Source of the DNA: an uncultured delta proteobacterium | GTDB lineage: Bacteria; Desulfobacterota; Binatia; UBA9968 | Direction of reading: 5' to 3' | Assembly: GCA_963804165.1 (NCBI GenBank) | Contig: CAWDPO010000008.1 | Location: forward strand, 1 to 64,000 | Length of the DNA: 64,000 bases | In this document: positions 50,580-60,939 of the stretch, piece by piece | How positions within the stretch are numbered: position 1 is the first letter of the stretch | Layout: every line of letters starts with the position of its first letter | Program-made: the position numbers and the translations under genes | The notes under the pieces: model-generated | The model's database searches: none | The model's input: the letters and a program-made list of their open reading frames with translations, nothing else | What the model was told of the DNA's origin: nothing

Positions 50580-50771
50580 TGAGGCGTGTTTCTAGAAGTC
50601 GACATGAATTGTCTTCTAGCCCCAGATTCGAGAATGGTTTGAACCAAAGACATCGGCTCAGTGCTTCAAACGCGAAGCGAATCCCAGCATCTGAGAAGAC
50701 ATACATAAAGATCCTGAGAGGCGCAAAAGTGAAAGGTTCCGTCTAAAACCACACTCCGCATTAAGGAACAG

Positions 50772-51380
50772 ATGCGTAAGTCTAACCTAAAACAAAATCA
50801 TGTGGGATTTGACATAGCAGTGATCCGATATCGTGCTTTTATGGATAAGATTATTAATGCTCAAAGAGTTATTAGCAATGCTGAAGAAAAAAGAGACATC
50901 GCGGAATCAGTCCTGCTACGGCTTTGCGCCGTTTGGGAGCGCTTCGTAGATGAACATTTGGTGGACTGTGTAAATTGCGATCACACACAACTTTCCAAAC
51001 ACTTCGCCGTTAAAATTCCGGAGCATCCTTCTTGGAACCTCTGCCATGCCCTGATTATAGGATCGTCATACACCGACTTTCGCAGCTTTGGCGATCTCAA
51101 GGGATTCACGAAAAAAATTCTGCCCGATGCCAGCAATCCATTTCTCCAAGTAGGGCCAGCGCATGCAAAAAAAATTGATGAGGTTTATAAAATCCGTAAT
51201 TACTTATCCCATTATAGTGCTGCCAGCACCCGCAGCCTCCACCACATCTACCGGACAGAATATGCGATGGAGCGATTTTTGGAGCCGGGGCAATTCGTAT
51301 TAGCTTATAGTGCCCGTCGTCTTTGGGCATACTTTGATGCTTTTCAAGGTGCATCAACCGACATGAAGGCTTGGTACTGA
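50772..51380 (+). CDS. HEPN-domain protein (putative RNase)
   Basis: LRLCAVWERFV helix with conserved E; RNYLSH Rx4H motif. Confidence 0.7.
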   Translation: MRKSNLKQNHVGFDIAVIRYRAFMDKIINAQRVISNAEEKRDIAESVLLRLCAVWERFVDEHLVDCVNCDHTQLSKHFAVKIPEHPSWNLCHALIIGSSYTDFRSFGDLKGFTKKILPDASNPFLQVGPAHAKKIDEVYKIRNYLSHYSAASTRSLHHIYRTEYAMERFLEPGQFVLAYSARRLWAYFDAFQGASTDMKAWY

Positions 51381-51526
51381 CGTGGGGCTAACCTTGGCCG
51401 CGAGCGAGCAGGTTAAGCAGAAAGTTGCTTCGGTTTTTGCGCGTGGTTAGTCAAACGCTGCTCACTACGACGGAGACAATGGGTTAAACTAATCCTTGGA
51501 ACACAAACGGATTCGCACTTTAACAT

Positions 51527-51731
51527 TGTGGGGCTTGCTCGTCACCGCCACAATCGCAAACGCGGCGACCGCCGACGATGAGACCGAGTGGAAAAGCGCA
51601 TCATGGTCGCATGGAAGCTGCCGACGAAGAGCGACGGGCTAAAGGTGACGCTCCGCTATACGCTCGCCAAGAACGACTCGGGTGTCGTGGTGCGCGTGGA
51701 AAAATCTTCAGGGGTGGAAAAATCGCTCTGA
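51527..51731 (+). pseudogene. Possible TonB/TolA C-terminal-like remnant
   Basis: Signal-like LWGLLVTATIANA, then KRIMVAWKLP...VVRVEKSSG in a shifted frame. Confidence 0.35.
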
Positions 51732-51740
51732 ACGGAGTAT

Positions 51741-52043
51741 ATGAACGGCCCCGGTCGACTCTGGACGATTTCTTTTGGCTTAATGGTGGTGAGTTTTATG
51801 GTTCTACCTGAAATCAAGAGAAATCCTCCCGTGAGACGCGGCCGCTTTGGCCAAAAGATTCGCCGATCTGGCCCTGCTGCAGTAGATCATCACGGCGTGT
51901 GGCCGCTTCTGCTCATTGGCCTGATCAATGGTATCGCTTTTACTCACGGCGGACTGACGTGGGAGATTGTCATGACTAGCGTTAATTTTTTGGCCACGCT
52001 ATTCCTAATTTTGGTGACTATCGAAAGACTATCGAAGAAATAG
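51741..52043 (+). CDS. Small hypothetical membrane protein
   Basis: Three hydrophobic segments. Confidence 0.4.
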   Translation: MNGPGRLWTISFGLMVVSFMVLPEIKRNPPVRRGRFGQKIRRSGPAAVDHHGVWPLLLIGLINGIAFTHGGLTWEIVMTSVNFLATLFLILVTIERLSKK

Positions 52044-52260
52044 AGCCTCATGTTTCAGTGCGCCTTGCACGTTTCGTCGCGCTTGGCGCGCCGATCTTGC
52101 TTACCGTTGATCAAGAACCTGTGTTTCTTGTCGGCGCCGCGCGTGCTCACTGAATTTCAAAACCGGCAGACCGCCGACCGATAACAACTAGCGCTGGATT
52201 ACATCAATTTGCCATATCATCCAATGCAGAAGTCTGTCGGATGTATTCTCGCTAAGCGTT

Positions 52261-52712
52261 TTATTCCCGCCTAACTCCATGCGCCCTCACATACCGCTCA
52301 AAAAACCTGTTTCTAAGTACACTTGGCCGCATCTCTCTCGCCCGACGGATTGCTTCGGCGGGGTCGCAGCCAGTCAAATTAATAATCGATAGAATCGCGA
52401 TCAGTGCCGACCTATTACAGCCTTGATTGCAATGAATCATCACACTGTTACCGCTATTCACTTCCGCCACTACGGTTTGCACCAGCCTCTTCACCTCGTG
52501 TTCAGCGACGCAAGAATTATCCCGCAAAGCAGCGTGGCAGTAGGTTATCCCGGCAGCGTCCGCCGCTTCGACAAACGTAGTGTCGCTGGTGGAAGCAACG
52601 TTCAATACAAGCTTTACGTTCCTTTTTGCAGCTCGTTGATTAGCCGCTCAGTTGATATGTACTTGGTGTGTCGGCGGATATAAATGTTCTCATGAAGTCG
52701 TAGGATCATCAC
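52261..52712 (-). CDS. Dual-specificity/tyrosine protein phosphatase (frameshift near 52625)
   Basis: HCNQGCNRS CX5R motif; N-terminal part upstream with GAGGAG RBS. Confidence 0.8.
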
Positions 52713-52750
52713 GTTTCCGTCTCCTCGTTCTGGGAAATTATTTTTAATCG

Positions 52751-52772
52751 CTTTAACTAAACTTTAACTTAA
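52751..52772 (+). repeat. Putative integrase arm-type sites near attR
   Basis: ctttaactaaactttaacttaa. Confidence 0.65.
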
Positions 52773-52876
52773 TCAGGGGCGTACACCCGCAACCAATCAG
52801 CAATTGCAGTCGCGTAAACTTAACGATATAGCGGGGTAGTGGCGGGTAGGTTTTGCTAGGTAAATATTTATACGGT

Positions 52877-52931
52877 CTCAAAATCCGGTAGGGGTAACCC
52901 TGTGGGGGTTCAAGTCCCCCCTCCGGCACCA
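52877..52931 (+). repeat. attR core (duplicated 3' part of tRNA-Leu)
   Basis: 55-bp identity to 25114-25168; tRNA 5' half absent. Confidence 0.93.
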
Positions 52932-53119
52932 TGATCATCGATATTTCGATTGTCTGACACTCTCAGTTTGCGCCACTTCCGCGCCTTCTACTAATTCGTG
53001 CGCCGGACCTTAGGCTGCTCGCTCTGTATGTCTACAGCGTACGAGTTTTGTCTCTCTGACGATTTACCGAAAGAATACAGCAGACGGGAAACGAACGAAC
53101 GAGGCAGCTCCGATTACTG

Positions 53120-56100
53120 CTACCGAAAATTACCTGCCGTCAACGGAAATCTAGCGGCTTGAGTTGGTGCGGGGTCTACGATCTGAGATAATTCCATCTT
53201 GATATCATCGGCCTGATCGGAATGGTTACTTTCTTCCGCAGCCTCCATCTCCGCACAGAGAAGCGGAGCCCATGCGTCGATGTAGACTTTTTCTCGCAAT
53301 TCCAAGTGGTCACCGGGAACCTCGAAAACCTTGAACTGTCCCATAACCAGGGACCCCCATCCCACTTGAGGGTTGGATCGGTTCATTGCGGATTTGAAAA
53401 AAATCACCCGTCCGGGGTAAGGCTGCGGCACATAAAACCGTGCCGCTCGCCGATAGACGTTCAGGATGTAGGGACTACGAAGCTGAAGAGGAATCGAATA
53501 CCCCAAGCTCGCGTACACTTGAGATAAAGCCGTCTTTACCCGGACGACTACGTCGCGGAAACATCGCCCGGCGAAGATTCGCACAAAATCACTGAGACCA
53601 ACTCGCGATCGAGGCGGGATTGCATGAGCGCGATGGTTCGCCGGATCGGACATCTCGCGAATTGTTGATTCGTAGACACGCGAGATTTTCTTGGCCGCAA
53701 CTGTAATCCGCGACATCAAAGATGGCGTGTCGTGCTCGCGATCGACGGTCATCGTATCGAGCAAGGCGAGGAGCGCAACTTCCTGTTTTTCGCTCTGTAG
53801 ACGCTGGGCAATCTCAAAGGCAATCACCCCGCCGAAGGAGTAGCCGGCGAGCAGATAGGGCCCTTCCGGCTGCACTGTACGAATCTCTTCAAGATAATGC
53901 GCCGCCAATGTTTCGACCTGCGTGTAACGGGCTTTCGTGCCATCTTGGCTCTGATGCTCCAATGAAAAGACCGGTCGATCCTTACCGAGATAGCCGGGCA
54001 AGAATAGATTGATGGTATCCGCGTGAATCAAAAATAGTGGGGTCTTGGAGCCGTCCGCTTGAATAGGCACGAGGCTCGACCACGGTTGCGGTTGATCACG
54101 GTCAGCTAGGATTTCTGTCAATTGCCGTATGGTCGGCGCTCTGAAAAGTGTCGCCGCAGGAATCGTAGTACCCGTTAGTTTTTCGATCTGGGCGATCAAC
54201 CGGATTGCCAGCAGGGAGTGTCCTCCCAAGTCAAAAAAGCTATCTGTGACCCCCACTCGGTCGACCTCGAGAAGCTCCCGCCAAATCTTGACGAGCTGTA
54301 ACTCCAAAAGCGAATGGGGCGACGCCTTGCCATGAGGAAGTTCTGGCAGCGGCTCCGGCGCCGGTAGTCTGTTGCGGTCTATCTTGCCGTTCGGCGTGAG
54401 TGGGAGTGAGTTCAGCAGGATGAAACTGGTAGGTATCATGTAGTCCGGCAATTTCTCTCTTAAGTATCCCTGAATCTCACTTTGGTTTACCACTTGGTCG
54501 GGTACCGGAATGATATAGCTGACCAAATGGTTTTCTCCCACCGCGTCCTGCTTGGCAATCACGACACACTGCTTCACCGACGGGTGCTCGGTCAACGCCG
54601 ACTCGACTTCGCCGAGTTCAATCCGGTAACCGCGAAGCTTTACTTGAAAGTCGCTTCGTCCAAGATGCTCGATCGTGCCGTCCGATAAGTAACGCGCCCG
54701 GTCGCCGGTCTTGAATAGTCGCGCCGATGCCGCGCGGCTAAAAGGATCCCGAATGAACTTCTCACGCGTCAACTCGGGATTACCTCGATAACCCCGCGCC
54801 AAGCCGATTCCGCCGATATAGAGATCCCCTTCAACGCCGATTGGCAAAGGCTGCAGGTTTGCGTCCAATACATGAATCTCGGTGTTCGCGATGGGATGAC
54901 CAATGACAATCGGGCCACTGTCCGCTGCCACTTTCCACAACGTCGACCAAATCGTCGTCTCCGTCGGTCCGTACATGTTAAAAACCGACGCGCTTCTGGC
55001 GAGCAGGGCTTCGGCAAGGTCTCTGGGTAGCGCCTCTCCGCCGCATAGAATCTTGAGGTCACGTTTTCCATGCCAGCCGGCTTCGAGCAGCATGCGCCAT
55101 GTCATCGGCGTCGCCTGCATCACGGTCGCGCCATTAGCGTCGACACGCTCTTTCAGCAACCTCCCATCCACAACAATTTCCCGTGGCAGTAGGTTCACCT
55201 GCGCCCCGACCGTCAACGGCAAAAAAATCTCCAAGGCGGCAATGTCAAAAGCCAAAGGAGTAACCGATAGCATGACATCGTTGCTGTCGATCCCGGGCTC
55301 TCTCGCCATCGAATCAAGGAAGTTCACCAGAGCCTTATGCGTGACTTCCACGCCCTTCGGTCGCCCCGTCGATCCGGAGGTGAAAATCATGTAGGCAAGA
55401 TCGTCCGATGCTCCCGTCGTCGTTAGGTTCCCGTCCCCTCGGCGAGAGATGTCAGGCCAGTCCTGATCGACGCATACGACACGGGCATTGTTCTTAGGCA
55501 TCCGGTGGCGCAATTTCGCTTGCGTCAGAATAACCGGCGACGCGCTGTCCTCAACCATCATCGCGATGCGCTGCGCCGGATAATCAGGGTCGAGCGGTAC
55601 ATACGCTCCGCCCGCTTTGAGAATCCCGAGCAGGGCGACAACCGTTTCCGCGGATCGTTCCATAAAAACGCCAACGGGTGTCTCGGGACCGACACCCAAT
55701 GTGCACAAATGGCGGGCCAATTGGTTGGCTCGGGCATTTAACCCTTTGTAAGTTACCCGATCGCCTTCGAAGATGACGGCTACAGAATCCGGCGAGCGCT
55801 CGACTTGCGCTTCGAACAATTCATGCATGCGTAGATTCGATGGGAAATCCGCTTGCGTGCGCGCGGATGATTCAAGTAAAAGCTGCTTCTCAAACTGAGA
55901 TAGAAAATTGACACGGTCGATCTTTTCATCCGGATCATTGATAAATGCATCGAGCAAATTTGTGTAGTGCTCCAACATTCTAGTGGCGCGCGATTCATCA
56001 TAGAGGTCCGGATTGTAAACCAGCACGATCTTGTTCAGGACATTCGGATCCACCGCTAGACATAGATCAAATTGCGAAGCTCCCAGCTCAAATTCAAACG

Positions 56101-59100
56101 GCGTCCACTCCAAACCATGCAGCTTGACTTCACCCAACGGTGCGTTTTGAAAGTTAAACAGGACTTGCACCAAAGGTGACAGGCTGGTGTCACGTTGCGG
56201 GTGGAGTTCCTCGACAAGTTTTTCAAATGGCGTCTCTTGTCGGGCAAAGGCATCGATCGTGACATCACGCACCCGGGCCAGAAGGTCACGGAAGCTGGGA
56301 TCGCCGCTGAGATCAGTGCGCAATACAAGTGTATTGACAAATGTCCCCACGATATTCTCGACAGCGAGCCAATTGCGATTCGCAATCGGCGAGCCGACGG
56401 CAATATCCGTCTGACCGGAATATCGGCGAAGCAAGGCCTTGAATGCGGCCAGAAAGGTCATGTAAAGCGTAGCGCCTTCTTGCGCGCTCAGATCCTTTAA
56501 GCGATCGATCAAAATTTCGGGTATATCGAAAGTGAGGTAAGCACCATTAAAAGTCTGTACGGAAGGCCGTGGCTTATCTGTCGGTAAAGCAAGCGGCTGC
56601 AGTCCTTTAAGTTTTTCTTTCCAATACGCCAGTTGTTGTTGTAACACTTCGCTAGACAGCCATTGTCTTTGCCACACTGCGAAGTCTGCGTATTGCAGTG
56701 CTACCGGTTTTAGCTGCGCTTGTGAGCCTGTAGAGAACGCGCTGTACAAGTGAGTTAGTTCCCTCGCGATGATACCCATGGACCATTGATCGGAGGCGAT
56801 GTGGTGCATGTTGACAGCTAACACATGCTCGTTTTCGTCCACTCGGACCAGCAGAACGCGGATCAGCAGATCGCGCTCCAAATTGAACGGCCGCCGCGAT
56901 TCCTCAGAAACGAGTTGCTTAGCCTTCGCCAATCGCTGATCCAGCGGCAAATTTTGCAGATCGATCAACCGGACATTGACCGGTTGCCATTCGGTACTAA
57001 CTTGTCGTGGTTGGCCGTCTACTGACGGAAACACGGTCCTGATGGCTTCGTGACGCCTGACGATCTCATTGAGGCTATTTGTAAGGGCGACGCGGTTCAG
57101 TCGGCCCTCGAGTCGCAGGGCCACCCCGAGGTTGTATGCGGGGCTTTCCGGCGCAATCCGGTGCATAAACCACATGCGCGCCTGTGAAAAAGAGAGGGGC
57201 AGCTCTTGAGAGCGGCTAACGTGGACGATCGGCGGACGTTCTACTGCGCCGCGACTGTTCTGCAATGCCAATTGAATTTGGTTTGCCAGTCCGGCGATCG
57301 TCGGTGTTTCGAATATCGAACGCAGCGGCAGATCCACATGAAAACTTTCTCGCGCCCGGGACATGACCTGGGTCGCGCTCAGGGAATGCCCCCCCACTTC
57401 AAAAAAGCTCCTGTGAATGTCGATTTGCTCGGCACCTAAGATCTCGCTCCAGATATCCGCCAAGCGTTGCTCGATGGGAGAGCGCGCAACGACTGCGCCG
57501 GCATCGGCAGTCGTTATCGATGATACCGGAGCGGGCAGAGCCTTGCGGTCAATTTTACCGCTTGCAGATCTGACAAATTGCTCGGTAAAAACGATTGTTG
57601 CCGGAATCATGTACGCGGGAAGCTTCCTTGATAGATACGCTCGTAACTCATCAGCCGTCACGTCCGAGCCTGCCTGGAGGATGACGTAGGCTGCTAGACG
57701 TCGTCCGTCATTTTCGCCGTCGAACGCCGTTACGATCGCTTCCTTCACCCCAGGATACCGCGTCAGTGTGCTCTCTATTTCCTTTGGCTCAACGCGATAG
57801 CCCATAATCTTGAGCTGATCGTCCGATCTGCCAAGAAATTCCAGTTGGCCGTCCGACCGATAGCGGACGATATCGCCAGTACGATAAAGTCGTTCTTCCA
57901 AACCCAAGTCGAAGGTCTTGGTGATAAAGTTCTGCGCGGTTAAAGCGGGCTTGTTGTGATAACCCAGCGCCAGACCAGCGCCCGCGATGCACAATTCGCC
58001 CGCAACGCCGATCGGCACTGGATCCAGGCGTCGGTCTAGGACGTAGGCTCGAACATTCGCGATCGGTCTCCCGATGGACACGGGTTCTGAAAGCACCTGA
58101 GCGTCGCCGGCATCATCGGTCAGGTCACAAGCCGTGGTGACAACGGTCGCTTCCGTCGGTCCATAGGTATTCACCAGCCGGCAGCGTCTTGAAACCAATT
58201 TTTGCCATTCCGTCAATCGCTTCGGCGAGGCTTGTTCGCCACCGATAATCACCAACCGGATTGACTCCGGCAGGGCAGCGTTTTCGCGATAAAGTGTTTT
58301 CGTCAGCTCATGCCAATAACTCGTCGGCAGATCCAATACCGTCACTTTCCAGTCGCGGCAATTGTCTACGAACGCCCGGATTGACGCCAACGATCGCTCC
58401 GTGCGCAGCACCAGCGCGGCACCCCGAATAAGCGTTGGAAATATTTCTTCAATTGCCGCGTCAAAACTGACAGCGGCGAATTGTAACACTCGGTCGCTCG
58501 GTTCGAGGTTATAGGCTACGGTCGCCCACGACGAAAAGTTCGCGAGCGCTCCTTGTGAGATTTCGACACCTTTGGGATCACCGCTGGAACCTGAAGTGTA
58601 AATTACATAGGCGAGATCATCGCTATTCGGCCTAGTGCCGAGGTTTTGATCGCTTTCGTGAGATATCTTGTCCCGGGCGGAGTCGAGACAAATAACGGCA
58701 CTCGGGATTTGCGGCAGTCTTTCCATGAGCGCCCGCTGAGTGAGCAGCAACGGTAGCCCCGTATCGTTGATAACGAATTCCACGCGGTCAGCGGGAGAAT
58801 TTGGATCGATCGGAACGTAAGCTCCTCCGGCCTTGAGAACGGCCAGCATCGCCACCAGCATTTCGAAGGAGCGATCTAGATGAATTCCAACCAACGTGTT
58901 TGGCCTGACACCGGCTCTCTTGAGGTATCGGGCCAATTGATTCGCGTGCTGGTTGAGCTCGCCGTAAGAAAGCGTGCTGTCTTCGCTCACCACAGCAATA
59001 GCGTCGGGATTTTTTTCCGCTTGCTCCTCGAACGCCGCATGCACGCACGGATTCGGTAACGCCGCGGTCTCTGTCGCATTCCATTCACGGAAAAGAAGCC

Positions 59101-60415
59101 GACAATCGTTTGGAGAGATCAAATCAAGCCGAGCAATCGCTCTGTTCGGGCTCACCGCCATGGCGTCCAGCACAGCGAGGAAATGACGCATCGCCGTTTC
59201 CGCCTGCTGTTCTGAGAACACTTCATCATGAAAATCGAAGCTCAGAAGCAACCGACCGGCGGAGCTGAAGTCGTGAACCTGCAGCATGAAGCTTTCAAAA
59301 CCATGGCCGGTATGAATCCATTCGGGGTGAGCCGGCATGCCGCCAAAATCATTGAATGCGGCCTTGTGATAATTCAAAACCACGTCATAGATCGGCCCAT
59401 GAGTAGGGTTGGTGACGGGAAAGTTCCCATGGCGCACAGTTTCAAAGACTTCCGCACTAATTTTGCGCGCCAGAGACGCAAAGCTGTCTTCTTCGTCCAC
59501 GCTCACACGAACGGGTAGAACCTCAGAAAAAAATCCAATGGTCCGCTTTGAAGCGTTTCGGCGGCGGTTGTGCGAGGCTATGCCGACAAAACAATTCCAG
59601 TGATCATGAAAACGCGCCAGATACGCGCAAAGCACCGCATAAAACGCGTTGAGCAGTAAAACATCGTCGCCGGCGTCCCGATGCTCAACTTCGCGGATAA
59701 CTCTCTGTAGCTTCTCGGATCGCTCGCTTCCAAGGTCGTAAACCCTTCTAGTGACGCGAGTGCCGGCTTTGTTGACCGCCATCCCGTAAAAACGCAGCGG
59801 ATCAGAGTCGCCGCTCAATTTCCGCTTCCAGTACGCCTCCGCTTTACTCGCGCGGGGCGAATGTCCCACGCGGCCTTCCGGAGCTGCAACGACCTCAAAT
59901 GAATTTAGAGCGATTTTATGGGGCAGGTTTCCGTCGATCGCCAGCCTATAGAGTTGGGCCATGGATTGATAGATCAATTGGACCGACCAGGCATCGCTGA
60001 TGAGGTGATGCATGTTCAGGTACCACACGAATGTATCAGCGCTCACCTTGAGCAGCGCCGTGTCGAACAACCTACGCTCCAGATCGAACGTCGTTATCGC
60101 ATTCTTTTGTAGCCAAGTCCGCGCGGCGGCCGGCGGATCGGATCTAGTGGAGAAATCAAAGAACGGCAGGTCGTAGCCAAGCTCAGGAACGACTCGCCGG
60201 ATCGGTACCCTTCGGACGTCTTCAAAGACCATCCGAAGGGCATCGCTCGAGTTTACCAGGGTTTGGAAGGCGCGCTGAAAATGGACAGGGTCAATGTTCC
60301 CGGAGATAGTTAGGGCAACGGGGAGATTGTAAACGGGCTGATTGGACAGCAATTTCTGCGCGATCCACACCTGCAGCTGGCGTGGCGGGAGATTTGACTC
60401 GTCGAATTCGCTCAT
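53120..60415 (-). CDS. Non-ribosomal peptide synthetase C-A-T-C-A-T-TE
   Basis: C: HHLISD, HHIASD; A: YTSGSSGDPKG, FTSGSTGRPKG; T: FFEVGGHSL, FFDLGGHSL; TE: GYSFGG. Confidence 0.96.
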   Translation of the reverse strand: MSEFDESNLPPRQLQVWIAQKLLSNQPVYNLPVALTISGNIDPVHFQRAFQTLVNSSDALRMVFEDVRRVPIRRVVPELGYDLPFFDFSTRSDPPAAARTWLQKNAITTFDLERRLFDTALLKVSADTFVWYLNMHHLISDAWSVQLIYQSMAQLYRLAIDGNLPHKIALNSFEVVAAPEGRVGHSPRASKAEAYWKRKLSGDSDPLRFYGMAVNKAGTRVTRRVYDLGSERSEKLQRVIREVEHRDAGDDVLLLNAFYAVLCAYLARFHDHWNCFVGIASHNRRRNASKRTIGFFSEVLPVRVSVDEEDSFASLARKISAEVFETVRHGNFPVTNPTHGPIYDVVLNYHKAAFNDFGGMPAHPEWIHTGHGFESFMLQVHDFSSAGRLLLSFDFHDEVFSEQQAETAMRHFLAVLDAMAVSPNRAIARLDLISPNDCRLLFREWNATETAALPNPCVHAAFEEQAEKNPDAIAVVSEDSTLSYGELNQHANQLARYLKRAGVRPNTLVGIHLDRSFEMLVAMLAVLKAGGAYVPIDPNSPADRVEFVINDTGLPLLLTQRALMERLPQIPSAVICLDSARDKISHESDQNLGTRPNSDDLAYVIYTSGSSGDPKGVEISQGALANFSSWATVAYNLEPSDRVLQFAAVSFDAAIEEIFPTLIRGAALVLRTERSLASIRAFVDNCRDWKVTVLDLPTSYWHELTKTLYRENAALPESIRLVIIGGEQASPKRLTEWQKLVSRRCRLVNTYGPTEATVVTTACDLTDDAGDAQVLSEPVSIGRPIANVRAYVLDRRLDPVPIGVAGELCIAGAGLALGYHNKPALTAQNFITKTFDLGLEERLYRTGDIVRYRSDGQLEFLGRSDDQLKIMGYRVEPKEIESTLTRYPGVKEAIVTAFDGENDGRRLAAYVILQAGSDVTADELRAYLSRKLPAYMIPATIVFTEQFVRSASGKIDRKALPAPVSSITTADAGAVVARSPIEQRLADIWSEILGAEQIDIHRSFFEVGGHSLSATQVMSRARESFHVDLPLRSIFETPTIAGLANQIQLALQNSRGAVERPPIVHVSRSQELPLSFSQARMWFMHRIAPESPAYNLGVALRLEGRLNRVALTNSLNEIVRRHEAIRTVFPSVDGQPRQVSTEWQPVNVRLIDLQNLPLDQRLAKAKQLVSEESRRPFNLERDLLIRVLLVRVDENEHVLAVNMHHIASDQWSMGIIARELTHLYSAFSTGSQAQLKPVALQYADFAVWQRQWLSSEVLQQQLAYWKEKLKGLQPLALPTDKPRPSVQTFNGAYLTFDIPEILIDRLKDLSAQEGATLYMTFLAAFKALLRRYSGQTDIAVGSPIANRNWLAVENIVGTFVNTLVLRTDLSGDPSFRDLLARVRDVTIDAFARQETPFEKLVEELHPQRDTSLSPLVQVLFNFQNAPLGEVKLHGLEWTPFEFELGASQFDLCLAVDPNVLNKIVLVYNPDLYDESRATRMLEHYTNLLDAFINDPDEKIDRVNFLSQFEKQLLLESSARTQADFPSNLRMHELFEAQVERSPDSVAVIFEGDRVTYKGLNARANQLARHLCTLGVGPETPVGVFMERSAETVVALLGILKAGGAYVPLDPDYPAQRIAMMVEDSASPVILTQAKLRHRMPKNNARVVCVDQDWPDISRRGDGNLTTTGASDDLAYMIFTSGSTGRPKGVEVTHKALVNFLDSMAREPGIDSNDVMLSVTPLAFDIAALEIFLPLTVGAQVNLLPREIVVDGRLLKERVDANGATVMQATPMTWRMLLEAGWHGKRDLKILCGGEALPRDLAEALLARSASVFNMYGPTETTIWSTLWKVAADSGPIVIGHPIANTEIHVLDANLQPLPIGVEGDLYIGGIGLARGYRGNPELTREKFIRDPFSRAASARLFKTGDRARYLSDGTIEHLGRSDFQVKLRGYRIELGEVESALTEHPSVKQCVVIAKQDAVGENHLVSYIIPVPDQVVNQSEIQGYLREKLPDYMIPTSFILLNSLPLTPNGKIDRNRLPAPEPLPELPHGKASPHSLLELQLVKIWRELLEVDRVGVTDSFFDLGGHSLLAIRLIAQIEKLTGTTIPAATLFRAPTIRQLTEILADRDQPQPWSSLVPIQADGSKTPLFLIHADTINLFLPGYLGKDRPVFSLEHQSQDGTKARYTQVETLAAHYLEEIRTVQPEGPYLLAGYSFGGVIAFEIAQRLQSEKQEVALLALLDTMTVDREHDTPSLMSRITVAAKKISRVYESTIREMSDPANHRAHAIPPRSRVGLSDFVRIFAGRCFRDVVVRVKTALSQVYASLGYSIPLQLRSPYILNVYRRAARFYVPQPYPGRVIFFKSAMNRSNPQVGWGSLVMGQFKVFEVPGDHLELREKVYIDAWAPLLCAEMEAAEESNHSDQADDIKMELSQIVDPAPTQAARFPLTAGNFR

Positions 60416-60672
60416 TGCTGGACCACCGTCGGCGTAAGGAACTGCTGCAAATGCGTTGAATGGATGATTCGAGCAATACTTAAGCCAGAATCCCGGCTAA
60501 CTATAAATAGTTGAAAAATAATATAATTATGGCTCTAGCTGTCGGTGTTCGGAAGGCGCCCGCGCAGTCCTGAGACAAAAGTGACAAGAATTACTGACAT
60601 GATGAAGAACGCGTGGCAAAATCATTTCTCACCTAATTTTTGTCATTCCTCACTTGCGCGACGCCGCGCACC

Positions 60673-60688
60673 TGGCACTCAGTACGCT
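60673..60688 (+). promoter_or_regulatory. Possible sigma54 promoter
   Basis: TGGCAC-tcagt-ACGC (GG-N10-GC); GACA/TGACA repeats about 75-100 bp upstream. Confidence 0.3.
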
Positions 60689-60939
60689 TAAAGCCACCGG
60701 GACTCATGAAGTGAGGAATTCATGTGACATGGAATTTCAGCAGTTGTCTTTAGAAGTACAGCCTTCGACAGAGGCTATTCGGCACCCGCGCCTCGGGAGA
60801 AGTTCTCAGATGAATGTGGGTATTTTGTGTTTACCGAACGTGCTGCGCATGGTTTTTACGTTGCTGGACAAGGAAGGTTCGATTGAATCTCTCCGCCGAA
60901 AATGAGCATGATGACGAATCGCCGTCCAATTTTGTAAAA

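Larger units (their letters stand above)
25114..52931. mobile_element. Genomic island integrated in tRNA-Leu(CAA), ~27.8 kb, integrase truncated
   Basis: 55-bp perfect direct repeat at 25114-25168 and 52877-52931; integrase remnant next to attL; mosaic, partly AT-richer cargo. Confidence 0.92.

Noticed and set aside
51386-51418. attC after the HEPN gene (GGCTAAC...GTTAAGC)
   Set aside because: Only 33 bp with no L boxes; too short for a functional attC, at most a remnant
25169-52876. Prophage or ICE
   Set aside because: No capsid, terminase, relaxase or type IV secretion genes recognised
52877-52931. Second tRNA-Leu gene
   Set aside because: Only the 3' 55 nt are present, with no 5' acceptor strand or D-arm; it is attR
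52753-52938. ORF MIMVPEGGLEPP...
   Set aside because: Antisense translation of the tRNA fragment
53120-60415. NRPS as part of the tRNA-Leu island
   Set aside because: It lies outside attR and no further att copy is visible in the window
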